Shown here piece after piece: positions 30,820 to 46,000 of a DNA stretch of 64,000 nt. The stretch is from assembly GCA_964016885.1 (NCBI GenBank), contig OZ024743.1, positions 361,894,001 to 361,958,000 on the forward strand. Reading direction: 5' to 3'. The first letter of the stretch is position 1; the number at the start of each line of letters is the position of its first letter. The stretch comes from Eledone cirrhosa (taxonomy: Eukaryota). The position numbers and the translations under genes are program-made. The notes beneath the pieces are model-generated. The model worked only from the letters and a program-made list of their open reading frames with translations, was not told the origin of the DNA and did not search any database.

Positions 30820-33800
30820 AATTGTTATAACTAGTACAGCTCACAGTGCAAACAATTGTTATAACTAGTACAGCTCACGGTGGAAACAATTGTTATAACT
30901 AGTACAGCTCACAGTGGAAACAATTGTTGTAACTAGTACAGCACACAGTGGAAATAATTGTTATAACTAGTACAGCACACAGTGCAAACATTTGTTATAG
31001 CTAGTACAGCTCACAGTAGAAACAATTGTTATAACTAGTACAGCACACAGTGGAAACAATTGTTATAACTAGTACAGCTGACAGTGGAAACAATTGTTAT
31101 AACTAGTACAGCACACAGTGCAAACAATTTTTATAACTAGTACAGCACACAGTGCAAACAATTGTTATAACTAGCACAGCACACAGTGGAAACAATTGTT
31201 TTAACTAGTACAGCTCACAGTGGAAACAATTGTTATAACTAGTACAGCTCAGAGTGGAAACAATTGTTATGACTAGTACAGCTCACAGTGGAAACAATTG
31301 TTATAACTAGTACAGCACACAGTGGAAACAATTGTTATAACTAGTACAGCTCACAGTGCAAACAATTGTTATAACTAGTACAGCTCACAGTGGAAACAAT
31401 TGTTATGACTAGTACAGCACACAGGGGAAACAATTGTTATAACTAGTACATCACACAGTGGAAACAATTGTTATAACTAGTACAGCACACAGTGGAAACA
31501 ATTATTATAACTAGTACAGCACACAGTGCAAACATTTGTTATAACTAGTACAGCTCACAGTAGAAACAATTGTTATAACTAGTACAGCACACAGTGGAAA
31601 CAATTGTTATAACTAGTACAGCTGACAGTGGAAACAATTGTTATAACTAGTACAGCGCACAGTGGAAACAATTGTTATAACTAGTACAGCACACAGTGGA
31701 AACAATTGTTATAACTAGTAAAGCACACAATGGAAACAATTGTTATAACTAGTACAGCTCACAGTGCAAATAGTTGTTATAACTAGTCAGCACACAGTGG
31801 AAACAATTGTTATAACTAGTACAGCACACAGTGAAAGCAATTGTTATAACTAGTACAGTTGACAGTGGAAACAATTGTTATAACTAGTACAGCACACAGT
31901 GCAAACAATTGTTATAACTAGTACAGCACACAGTGCAAACAATTGTTATAACTAATACAGCACACAGTGCAAACAATTGTTATAACTAGTACAGCTCACA
32001 GTGCAAACAATTGTTATAACTAGTACAGCTCACAGTGGAAACAATTGTTATAACTAGTACAGCTGACAGTGGAAACAATTGTTATAACTAGTACAGCTGA
32101 CAGTGGAAACAATTGTTATAACTAGTACAGCTGACAGTGGAAACAATTGTTTTAACTAGTACAGCACACAGTGGAAACAATTGTTATAACTAGTACAGCT
32201 GACAGTGCAAGCAATTGTTATAACTAGTACAGCTCACAGTGCAAACAATTGTTATAACTAGTACAGCTCACAGTGGAAACAATTGTTATAAATAGTACAG
32301 CTCACAGTGGAAACAATTGTTTTAACTAGTTCAGCTGACAGTGGAAACAATTGTTATAACTAGTACAGCACACAGTGGAAACAATTGTTATAACTAGTAC
32401 AGCACACAGTGGAAACAATTGTTATAACTAGTACAGTCTACAGTGCAAACAATTGTTATAACTAGTACAGCTCACAGTGCAAACAATTGTTATAACTAGT
32501 ACAGCACACAGTGGAAACAATTGTTATAATTAGTACAGCTCACAGTGCAAACAATTGTTATAACTAGTACAGCTCACAGTTGAAACATTTGTTATAACTA
32601 GTACAGCTGACAGTGGAAACAGTTGTTATAACTAGTACAGCACACAGTGGAAACAATTATTATAACTAGTACAGCTCACAGTGGAAACAATTGATATAAC
32701 TAGTACAGCACACAGTGAAAACAATTGTTATAACTAGTACAGCTCACAGTGGAAACAATTGTTATAACTAGTACCGCACACAGTGGAAACATTGTTATAA
32801 CTAGTACAGCACACAGTGCAAACAATTGTTATAACTAGTACAGCACACAGTGGAAACAATTGTTATATCTAGTACAGCTCACAGTGGAAACAATTGTTAT
32901 AACTAGTACAGCCCACAGTGGAAACAATTGTTTTAACTAGTACAGCACACAGTGGAAACAATTATTATAACTAGTACAGCTCACAGTGGAAACAATTGTT
33001 ATAACTAGTACAGCACACAATGGAAACAATTGTTATAACTAGTACAGCTGACAGTGGAAACAATTGTTATAACTAGTACAGCTCAGAGTGGAAACAATTG
33101 TTATGACTAGTACAGCTCACAGTGGAAACAATTGTTATAACTAGTACAGCACACAGTGGAAACAATTGTTATAACTAGTACAGCTCACAGTGCAAACAAT
33201 TGTTATAACTAGTACAGCTCACAGTGGAAACAATTGTTATGACTAGTACAGCACACAGGGGAAACAATTGTTATAACTAGTACATCACACAGTGGAAACA
33301 ATTGTTATAACTAGTACAGCACACAGTGGAAACAATTATTATAACTAGTACAGCACACAGTGCAAACATTTGTTATAACTAGTACAGCTCACAGTAGAAA
33401 CAATTGTTATAACTAGTACAGCACACAGTGGAAACAATTGTTATAACTAGTACAGCTGACAGTGGAAACAATTGTTATAACTAGTACAGCACACAGTGGA
33501 AACAATTGTTATAACTAGTACAGCACACAGTGGAAACAATTGTTATAACTAGTAAAGCACACAATGGAAACAATTGTTATAACTAGTACAGCTCACAGTG
33601 CAAATAGTTGTTATAACTAGTCAGCACACAGTGGAAACAATTGTTATAACTAGTACAGCACACAGTGAAAGCAATTGTTATAACTAGTACAGTTGACAGT
33701 GGAAACAATTGTTATAACTAGTACAGCACACAGTGCAAACAATTGTTATAACTAGTACAGCACACAGTGCAAACAATTGTTATAACTAGTACAGCACACA

Positions 33801-36800
33801 GTGCAAACAATTGTTATAACTAGTACAGCTCACAGTGCAAACAATTGTTATAACTAGTACAGCTCACAGTGGAAACAATTGTTATAACTAGTACAGCTGA
33901 CAGTGGAAACAATTGTTATAACTAGTACAGCTGACAGTGGAAACAATTGTTATAACTAGTACAGCTGACAGTGGAAACAATTGTTTTAACTAGTACAGCA
34001 CACAGTGGAAACAATTGTTATAACTAGTACAGCTGACAGTGCAAACAATTGTTATAACTAGTACAGCTCACAGTGCAAACAATTGTTATAACTAGTACAG
34101 CTCACAGTGGAAACAATTGTTATAAATAGTACAGCTCACAGTGGAAACAATTGTTATAACTAGTTCAGCTGACAGTGGAAACAATTGTTATAACTAGTAC
34201 AGCACACAGTGGAAACAATTGTTATAACTAGTACAGTCTACAGTGCAAACAATTGTTATAACTAGTACAGCTCACAGTGCAAACAATTGTTATAACTAGT
34301 ACAGCACACAGTGGAAACAATTGTTATAATTAGTACAGCTCACAGTGCAAACAATTGTTATAACTAGTACAGCTCACAGTTGAAACATTTGTTATAACTA
34401 GTACAGCTGACAGTGGAAACAGTTGTTATAACTAGTACAGCACACAGTGGAAACAATTATTATAACTAGTACAGCTCACAGTGGAAACAATTGATATAAC
34501 TAGTACAGCACACAGTGAAAACAATTGTTATAACTAGTACAGCTCACAGTGGAAACAATTGTTATAACTAGTACCGCACACAGTGGAAACATTGTTATAA
34601 CTAGTACAGCACACAGTGCAAACAATTGTTATAACTAGTACAGCACACAGTGGAAACAATTGTTATATCTAGTACAGCTCACAGTGGAAACAATTGTTTT
34701 AACTAGTTCAGCTGACAGTGGAAACAATTGTTATAACTAGTACAGCACACAGTGGAAACAATTGTTATAACTAGTACAGCACACAGTGGAAACAATTGTT
34801 ATAACTAGTACAGTCTACAGTGCAAACAATTGTTATAACTAGTACAGCTCACAGTGCAAACAATTGTTATAACTAGTACAGCACACAGTGGAAACAATTG
34901 TTATAATTAGTACAGCTCACAGTGCAAACAATTGTTATAACTAGTACAGCTCACAGTTGAAACATTTGTTATAACTAGTACAGCTGACAGTGGAAACAGT
35001 TGTTATAACTAGTACAGCACACAGTGGAAACAATTATTATAACTAGTACAGCTCACAGTGGAAACAATTGATATAACTAGTACAGCACACAGTGAAAACA
35101 ATTGTTATAACTAGTACAGCTCACAGTGGAAACAATTGTTATAACTAGTACCGCACACAGTGGAAACATTGTTATAACTAGTACAGCACACAGTGCAAAC
35201 AATTGTTATAACTAGTACAGCACACAGTGGAAACAATTGTTATATCTAGTACAGCTCACAGTGGAAACAATTGTTATAACTAGTACAGCCCACAGTGGAA
35301 ACAATTGTTTTAACTAGTACAGCACACAGTGGAAACAATTATTATAACTAGTACAGCTCACAGTGGAAACAATTGTTATAACTAGTACAGCACACAATGG
35401 AAACAATTGTTATAACTAGTACAGCTCACAGTGCAAACAATTGTTATAACTAGTACAGCTCACGGTGGAAACAATTGTTATAACTAGTACAGCTCACAGT
35501 GGAAACAATTGTTGTAACTAGTACAGCACACAGTGGAAATAATTGTTATAACTAGTACAGCACACAGTGCAAACATTTGTTATAGCTAGTACAGCTCACA
35601 GTAGAAACAATTGTTATAACTAGTACAGCACACAGTGGAAACAATTGTTATAACTAGTACAGCTGACAGTGGAAACAATTGTTATAACTAGTACAGCACA
35701 CAGTGCAAACAATTTTTATAACTAGTACAGCACACAGTGCAAACAATTGTTATAACTAGCACAGCACACAGTGGAAACAATTGTTTTAACTAGTACAGCT
35801 CACAGTGGAAACAATTGTTATAACTAGTACAGCTCAGAGTGGAAACAATTGTTATGACTAGTACAGCTCACAGTGGAAACAATTGTTATAACTAGTACAG
35901 CACACAGTGGAAACAATTGTTATAACTAGTACAGCTCACAGTGCAAACAATTGTTATAACTAGTACAGCTCACAGTGGAAACAATTGTTATGACTAGTAC
36001 AGCACACAGGGGAAACAATTGTTATAACTAGTACATCACACAGTGGAAACAATTGTTATAACTAGTACAGCACACAGTGGAAACAATTATTATAACTAGT
36101 ACAGCACACAGTGCAAACATTTGTTATAACTAGTACAGCTCACAGTAGAAACAATTGTTATAACTAGTACAGCACACAGTGGAAACAATTGTTATAACTA
36201 GTACAGCTGACAGTGGAAACAATTGTTATAACTAGTACAGCGCACAGTGGAAACAATTGTTATAACTAGTACAGCACACAGTGGAAACAATTGTTATAAC
36301 TAGTAAAGCACACAATGGAAACAATTGTTATAACTAGTACAGCTCACAGTGCAAATAGTTGTTATAACTAGTCAGCACACAGTGGAAACAATTGTTATAA
36401 CTAGTACAGCACACAGTGAAAGCAATTGTTATAACTAGTACAGTTGACAGTGGAAACAATTGTTATAACTAGTACAGCACACAGTGCAAACAATTGTTAT
36501 AACTAGTACAGCACACAGTGCAAACAATTGTTATAACTAATACAGCACACAGTGCAAACAATTGTTATAACTAGTACAGCTCACAGTGCAAACAATTGTT
36601 ATAACTAGTACAGCTCACAGTGGAAACAATTGTTATAACTAGTACAGCTGACAGTGGAAACAATTGTTATAACTAGTACAGCTGACAGTGGAAACAATTG
36701 TTATAACTAGTACAGCTGACAGTGGAAACAATTGTTTTAACTAGTACAGCACACAGTGGAAACAATTGTTATAACTAGTACAGCTGACAGTGCAAGCAAT

Positions 36801-39800
36801 TGTTATAACTAGTACAGCTCACAGTGCAAACAATTGTTATAACTAGTACAGCTCACAGTGGAAACAATTGTTATAAATAGTACAGCTCACAGTGGAAACA
36901 ATTGTTTTAACTAGTTCAGCTGACAGTGGAAACAATTGTTATAACTAGTACAGCACACAGTGGAAACAATTGTTATAACTAGTACAGCACACAGTGGAAA
37001 CAATTGTTATAACTAGTACAGTCTACAGTGCAAACAATTGTTATAACTAGTACAGCTCACAGTGCAAACAATTGTTATAACTAGTACAGCACACAGTGGA
37101 AACAATTGTTATAATTAGTACAGCTCACAGTGCAAACAATTGTTATAACTAGTACAGCTCACAGTTGAAACATTTGTTATAACTAGTACAGCTGACAGTG
37201 GAAACAGTTGTTATAACTAGTACAGCACACAGTGGAAACAATTATTATAACTAGTACAGCTCACAGTGGAAACAATTGATATAACTAGTACAGCACACAG
37301 TGAAAACAATTGTTATAACTAGTACAGCTCACAGTGGAAACAATTGTTATAACTAGTACCGCACACAGTGGAAACATTGTTATAACTAGTACAGCACACA
37401 GTGCAAACAATTGTTATAACTAGTACAGCACACAGTGGAAACAATTGTTATATCTAGTACAGCTCACAGTGGAAACAATTGTTATAACTAGTACAGCCCA
37501 CAGTGGAAACAATTGTTTTAACTAGTACAGCACACAGTGGAAACAATTATTATAACTAGTACAGCTCACAGTGGAAACAATTGTTATAACTAGTACAGCA
37601 CACAATGGAAACAATTGTTATAACTAGTACAGCTGACAGTGGAAACAATTGTTATAACTAGTACAGCTCAGAGTGGAAACAATTGTTATGACTAGTACAG
37701 CTCACAGTGGAAACAATTGTTATAACTAGTACAGCACACAGTGGAAACAATTGTTATAACTAGTACAGCTCACAGTGCAAACAATTGTTATAACTAGTAC
37801 AGCTCACAGTGGAAACAATTGTTATGACTAGTACAGCACACAGGGGAAACAATTGTTATAACTAGTACATCACACAGTGGAAACAATTGTTATAACTAGT
37901 ACAGCACACAGTGGAAACAATTATTATAACTAGTACAGCACACAGTGCAAACATTTGTTATAACTAGTACAGCTCACAGTAGAAACAATTGTTATAACTA
38001 GTACAGCACACAGTGGAAACAATTGTTATAACTAGTACAGCTGACAGTGGAAACAATTGTTATAACTAGTACAGCACACAGTGGAAACAATTGTTATAAC
38101 TAGTACAGCACACAGTGGAAACAATTGTTATAACTAGTAAAGCACACAATGGAAACAATTGTTATAACTAGTACAGCTCACAGTGCAAATAGTTGTTATA
38201 ACTAGTCAGCACACAGTGGAAACAATTGTTATAACTAGTACAGCACACAGTGAAAGCAATTGTTATAACTAGTACAGTTGACAGTGGAAACAATTGTTAT
38301 AACTAGTACAGCACACAGTGCAAACAATTGTTATAACTAGTACAGCACACAGTGCAAACAATTGTTATAACTAGTACAGCACACAGTGCAAACAATTGTT
38401 ATAACTAGTACAGCTCACAGTGCAAACAATTGTTATAACTAGTACAGCTCACAGTGGAAACAATTGTTATAACTAGTACAGCTGACAGTGGAAACAATTG
38501 TTATAACTAGTACAGCTGACAGTGGAAACAATTGTTATAACTAGTACAGCTGACAGTGGAAACAATTGTTTTAACTAGTACAGCACACAGTGGAAACAAT
38601 TGTTATAACTAGTACAGCTGACAGTGCAAACAATTGTTATAACTAGTACAGCTCACAGTGCAAACAATTGTTATAACTAGTACAGCTCACAGTGGAAACA
38701 ATTGTTATAAATAGTACAGCTCACAGTGGAAACAATTGTTATAACTAGTTCAGCTGACAGTGGAAACAATTGTTATAACTAGTACAGCACACAGTGGAAA
38801 CAATTGTTATAACTAGTACAGTCTACAGTGCAAACAATTGTTATAACTAGTACAGCTCACAGTGCAAACAATTGTTATAACTAGTACAGCACACAGTGGA
38901 AACAATTGTTATAATTAGTACAGCTCACAGTGCAAACAATTGTTATAACTAGTACAGCTCACAGTTGAAACATTTGTTATAACTAGTACAGCTGACAGTG
39001 GAAACATTTGTTATAACTAGTACAGCACACAGTGGAAACAATTATTATAACTAGTACAGCTCACAGTGGAAACAATTGATATAACTAGTACAGCACACAG
39101 TGAAAACAATTGTTATAACTAGTACAGCTCACAGTGGAAACAATTGTTATAACTAGTACCGCACACAGTGGAAACATTGTTATAACTAGTACAGCACACA
39201 GTGCAAACAATTGTTATAACTAGTACAGCACACAGTGGAAACAATTGTTATATCTAGTACAGCTCACAGTGGAAACAATTGTTTTAACTAGTTCAGCTGA
39301 CAGTGGAAACAATTGTTATAACTAGTACAGCACACAGTGGAAACAATTGTTATAACTAGTACAGCACACAGTGGAAACAATTGTTATAACTAGTACAGTC
39401 TACAGTGCAAACAATTGTTATAACTAGTACAGCTCACAGTGCAAACAATTGTTATAACTAGTACAGCACACAGTGGAAACAATTGTTATAATTAGTACAG
39501 CTCACAGTGCAAACAATTGTTATAACTAGTACAGCTCACAGTTGAAACATTTGTTATAACTAGTACAGCTGACAGTGGAAACAGTTGTTATAACTAGTAC
39601 AGCACACAGTGGAAACAATTATTATAACTAGTACAGCTCACAGTGGAAACAATTGATATAACTAGTACAGCACACAGTGAAAACAATTGTTATAACTAGT
39701 ACAGCTCACAGTGGAAACAATTGTTATAACTAGTACCGCACACAGTGGAAACATTGTTATAACTAGTACAGCACACAGTGCAAACAATTGTTATAACTAG

Positions 39801-40010
39801 TACAGCACACAGTGGAAACAATTGTTATATCTAGTACAGCTCACAGTGGAAACAATTGTTATAACTAGTACAGCCCACAGTGGAAACAATTGTTTTAACT
39901 AGTACAGCACACAGTGGAAACAATTATTATAACTAGTACAGCTCACAGTGGAAACAATTGTTATAACTAGTACAGCACACAATGGAAACAATTGTTATAA
40001 CTAGTACAGC
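30820..40010. repeat. 135-monomer (4,585 bp) tandem duplication (~30820-35404 / ~35405-40010)
   Basis: TATAGCTAG at 30996/35581, CGCAC at 31656/36241, ACTAATAC at 31951/36536 and TGCAAGC at 32206/36791. All have offset 4585 = 135x34-5. Confidence 0.92.
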
Positions 40011-43000
40011 TGACAGTGGAAACAATTGTTATAACTAGTACAGCTCAGACTGGAAACAATTGTTATGACTAGTACAGCTCACAGTGGAAACAATTGTTAT
40101 AACTAGTACAGCACACAGTGGAAACAATTGTTATAACTAGTACAGCTCACAGTGCAAACAATTGTTATAACTAGTACAGCTCACAGTGGAAACAATTGTT
40201 ATGACTAGTACAGCACACAGGGGAAACAATTGTTATAACTAGTACATCACACAGTGGAAACAATTGTTATAACTAGTACAGCACACAGTGGAAACAATTA
40301 TTATAACTAGTACAGCACACAGTGCAAACATTTGTTATAACTAGTACAGCTCACAGTAGAAACAATTGTTATAACTAGTACAGCACACAGTGGAAACAAT
40401 TGTTATAACTAGTACAGCTGACAGTGGAAACAATTGTTATAACTAGTACAGCACACAGTGGAAACAATTGTTATAACTAGTACAGCACACAGTGGAAACA
40501 ATTGTTATAACTAGTAAAGCACACAATGGAAACAATTGTTATAACTAGTACAGCTCACAGTGCAAATAGTTGTTATAACTAGTCAGCACACAGTGGAAAC
40601 AATTGTTATAACTAGTACAGCACACAGTGAAAGCAATTGTTATAACTAGTACAGTTGACAGTGGAAACAATTGTTATAACTAGTACAGCACACAGTGCAA
40701 ACAATTGTTATAACTAGTACAGCACACAGTGCAAACAATTGTTATAACTAGTACAGCACACAGTGCAAACAATTGTTATAACTAGTACAGCTCACAGTGC
40801 AAACAATTGTTATAACTAGTACAGCTCACAGTGGAAACAATTGTTATAACTAGTACAGCTGACAGTGGAAACAATTGTTATAACTAGTACAGCTGACAGT
40901 GGAAACAATTGTTATAACTAGTACAGCTGACAGTGGAAACAATTGTTTTAACTAGTACAGCACACAGTGGAAACAATTGTTATAACTAGTACAGCTGACA
41001 GTGCAAACAATTGTTATAACTAGTACAGCTCACAGTGCAAACAATTGTTATAACTAGTACAGCTCACAGTGGAAACAATTGTTATAAATAGTACAGCTCA
41101 CAGTGGAAACAATTGTTATAACTAGTTCAGCTGACAGTGGAAACAATTGTTATAACTAGTACAGCACACAGTGGAAACAATTGTTATAACTAGTACAGTC
41201 TACAGTGCAAACAATTGTTATAACTAGTACAGCTCACAGTGCAAACAATTGTTATAACTAGTACAGCACACAGTGGAAACAATTGTTATAATTAGTACAG
41301 CTCACAGTGCAAACAATTGTTATAACTAGTACAGCTCACAGTTGAAACATTTGTTATAACTAGTACAGCTGACAGTGGAAACAGTTGTTATAACTAGTAC
41401 AGCACACAGTGGAAACAATTATTATAACTAGTACAGCTCACAGTGGAAACAATTGATATAACTAGTACAGCACACAGTGAAAACAATTGTTATAACTAGT
41501 ACAGCTCACAGTGGAAACAATTGTTATAACTAGTACCGCACACAGTGGAAACATTGTTATAACTAGTACAGCACACAGTGCAAACAATTGTTATAACTAG
41601 TACAGCACACAGTGGAAACAATTGTTATATCTAGTACAGCTCACAGTGGAAACAATTGTTATAACTAGTACAGCCCACAGTGGAAACAATTGTTTTAACT
41701 AGTACAGCACACAGTGGAAACAATTATTATAACTAGTACAGCTCACAGTGGAAACAATTGTTATAACTAGTACAGCACACAATGGAAACAATTGTTATAA
41801 CTAGTACAGCTGACAGTGGAAACAATTGTTATAACTAGTACGGCTGACAGTGGAAACAATTGTTATAACTAGTACAGCACACAGTGGAAACATTTGTTAT
41901 AACTAGTACAGCTCATAGTGGAAACAATTGATATAACTAGTACATCACACAGTGGAAACAATTGTTATAACAAGTACAGCTCACAGTGGAAACAATTGTT
42001 ATAACTAGTACAGCACACAGTGGAAACATTGTTATAACTAGTACAGCACACAGTGCAAACAATTGTTATAACTAGTACAGCACACAGTGGAAACAATTGT
42101 TATAACTAGTACAGCTCACAGTGGAAACAATTGTTATAACTAGTACAGCTGACAGTTCAAACAATTGTTATAACTAGTACAGCTCACAGTTGAAACATTT
42201 GTTATAACTAGTACAGCTGACAGTGGAAACAGTTGTTATAACTAGTACAGCACACAGTGGAAACAATTAATATAACTAGTACAGCTCACAGTGGAAACAA
42301 TTGATATAACTAGTACAGCACACAGTGAAAACAATTGTCATAACTAGTACAGCTCACAGTGGAAACAATTGTTATAACTAGTACCGCACACAGTGGAAAC
42401 ATTGTTATAACTAGTACAGCACACAGTGCAAACAATTGTTATAACTAGTACAGCTCACAGTGGAAACAATTGTTATAACTAGTACAGCACACAATGGAAA
42501 CAATTGTTATAACTAGTACAGCTGACAGTGGAAACAATTGTTATAAATAGTACAGCACACAGTGGAAACAATTGTTATACCTAGTACAGCACACAGGGGA
42601 AACAATTGTTATAACTAGTACATCACACAGTGGAAACAATTGTTATAACTAGTACAGCACACAGTGGAAACAATTATTATAACTAGTACAGCACACAGTG
42701 CAAACATTTGTTATAACTAGTACAGCTCACAGTAGAAACAATTGTTATAACTAGTACAGCACACAGTGGAAACAATTGTTATAACTAGTACAGCTGACAG
42801 TGGAAACAATTGTTATAACTAGTACATCACACAGTGGAAACATTTGTTATAACTAGTACAGCTCATAGTGGAAACAATTGATATAACTAGTACATCACAC
42901 AGTGGAAACAATTGTTATAACAAGTACACCTCACAGTGGAAACAATTGTTATAACTAGTACAGCACACAGTGGAAACAATTGTTATAACTAGTACAGCAC

Positions 43001-46000
43001 ACAGTGGAAACAATTGTTATAACTAGTACAGCACACAGTGGAAACAATTGTTATAACTAGTACAGCACACAGTGGAAACAATTGTTATAACTAGTAAAGC
43101 ACACAATGGAAACAATTGTTATAACTAGTACAGCTCACAGTGCAAATAGTTGTTATAACTAGTCAGCACACAGTGGAAACAATTGTTATAACTAGTACAG
43201 CACACAGTGAAAGCAATTGTTATAACTAGTACAGTTGACAGTGGAAACAATTGTTATAACTAGTACAGCACACAGTGCAAACAATTGTTATAACTAGTAC
43301 AGCTCACAGTGCAAACAATTGTTATAAATAGTACAGCACACAGTGGAAACAATTGTTATAACTAGTACAGCTCACAGTGGAAACAATTGTTATAACTAGT
43401 ACAGCCCACAGTGGAAACAATTGTTATAACTAGTACAGCTCACAGTGGAAACAATTGTTATAACTAGTTTATCTGACAGTGGAAACAATTGTTATAACTA
43501 TTACAGCTGACAGTGAAAACAATTGTTATAACTAGTACAGCTGACAGTGGAAACAATTGTTATAACTAGTACAGCACACAGTGAAAACAATTGTTATAAT
43601 TAGTAGAGCTGACAGTGGAAACAATTGTTATAACTAGTACAGCACACAGTGGAAACAATTGTTATAACTAGTACAGCACACAGTGCAAACAATTGTTATA
43701 ACTAGTACAGCTCACAGTGCAAACAATTGTTATAACTAGTACAGCTCACGGTGGAAACAATTGTTATAACTAGTACAGCTCACAGTGGAAACAATTGTTA
43801 TAACTAGTACAGCACACAGTGGAAATAATTGTTATAACTAGTACAGCACACAGTGCAAACAATTGTTATAACTAGTACAGCTCACAGTGCAAACAATTGT
43901 TATAACTAGTACAGCGCACAGTGGAAAAATTGTTATAACTAGTACAGCTGACAGTGGAAACAATTGTTATAACTAGTACAGCTGACAGTGGAAACAATTG
44001 TTATAACTAGTACAGCACACGGTGGAAATAATTGTTATAACTACTACAGCTGACAGTGGAAACAATTGTTTTAACTAGTACAGCACACAGTGGAAACAAT
44101 TGTTATAACTAGTACAGCTCACAGTGGAAACAATTGTTATAACTAGTACAGCTCACAGTGGAAACAATTGTTATAACTAGTACAGCTCACAGTGGAAACA
44201 ATTGATATAACTAGTACAGCACACAGTGAAAACAATTGTTATAACTAGTACAGCTCACAGTGGAAACAATTGTTATAACTAGTACCGCACACAGTGGAAA
44301 CATTGTTATAACTAGTACAGCACACAGTGCAAACAATTGTTATAACTAGTACAGCACACAGTGGAAACAATTGTTATATCTAGTACAGCTCACAGTGGAA
44401 ACAATTGTTATAACTAGTACAGCCCACAGTGGAAACAATTGTTTTAACTAGTACAGCACACAGTGGAAACAATTATTATAACTAGTACAGCTCACAGTGG
44501 AAACAATTGTTATAACTAGTACAGCACACAATGGAAACAATTGTTATAACTAGTACAGCTGACAGTGGAAACAATTGTTATAACTAGTACAGCTCAGAGT
44601 GGAAACAATTGTTATGACTAGTACAGCTCACAGTGGAAACAATTGTTATAACTAGTACAGCACACAGTGGAAACAATTGTTATAACTAGTACAGCTCACA
44701 GTGCAAACAATTGTTATAACTAGTACAGCTCACAGTGGAAACAATTGTTATGACTAGTACAGCACACAGGGGAAACAATTGTTATAACTAGTACATCACA
44801 CAGTGGAAACAATTGTTATAACTAGTACAGCACACAGTGGAAACAATTATTATAACTAGTACAGCACACAGTGCAAACATTTGTTATAACTAGTACAGCT
44901 CACAGTAGAAACAATTGTTATAACTAGTACAGCACACAGTGGAAACAATTGTTATAACTAGTACAGCTGACAGTGGAAACAATTGTTATAACTAGTACAG
45001 CACACAGTGGAAACAATTGTTATAACTAGTACAGCACACAGTGGAAACAATTGTTATAACTAGTAAAGCACACAATGGAAACAATTGTTATAACTAGTAC
45101 AGCTCACAGTGCAAATAGTTGTTATAACTAGTCAGCACACAGTGGAAACAATTGTTATAACTAGTACAGCACACAGTGAAAGCAATTGTTATAACTAGTA
45201 CAGTTGACAGTGGAAACAATTGTTATAACTAGTACAGCACACAGTGCAAACAATTGTTATAACTAGTACAGCACACAGTGCAAACAATTGTTATAACTAG
45301 TACAGCACACAGTGCAAACAATTGTTATAACTAGTACAGCTCACAGTGCAAACAATTGTTATAACTAGTACAGCTCACAGTGGAAACAATTGTTATAACT
45401 AGTACAGCTGACAGTGGAAACAATTGTTATAACTAGTACAGCTGACAGTGGAAACAATTGTTATAACTAGTACAGCTGACAGTGGAAACAATTGTTTTAA
45501 CTAGTACAGCACACAGTGGAAACAATTGTTATAACTAGTACAGCTGACAGTGCAAACAATTGTTATAACTAGTACAGCTCACAGTGCAAACAATTGTTAT
45601 AACTAGTACAGCTCACAGTGGAAACAATTGTTATAAATAGTACAGCTCACAGTGGAAACAATTGTTATAACTAGTTCAGCTGACAGTGGAAACAATTGTT
45701 ATAACTAGTACAGCACACAGTGGAAACAATTGTTATAACTAGTACAGTCTACAGTGCAAACAATTGTTATAACTAGTACAGCTCACAGTGCAAACAATTG
45801 TTATAACTAGTACAGCACACAGTGGAAACAATTGTTATAATTAGTACAGCTCACAGTGCAAACAATTGTTATAACTAGTACAGCTCACAGTTGAAACATT
45901 TGTTATAACTAGTACAGCTGACAGTGGAAACAGTTGTTATAACTAGTACAGCACACAGTGGAAACAATTATTATAACTAGTACAGCTCACAGTGGAAACA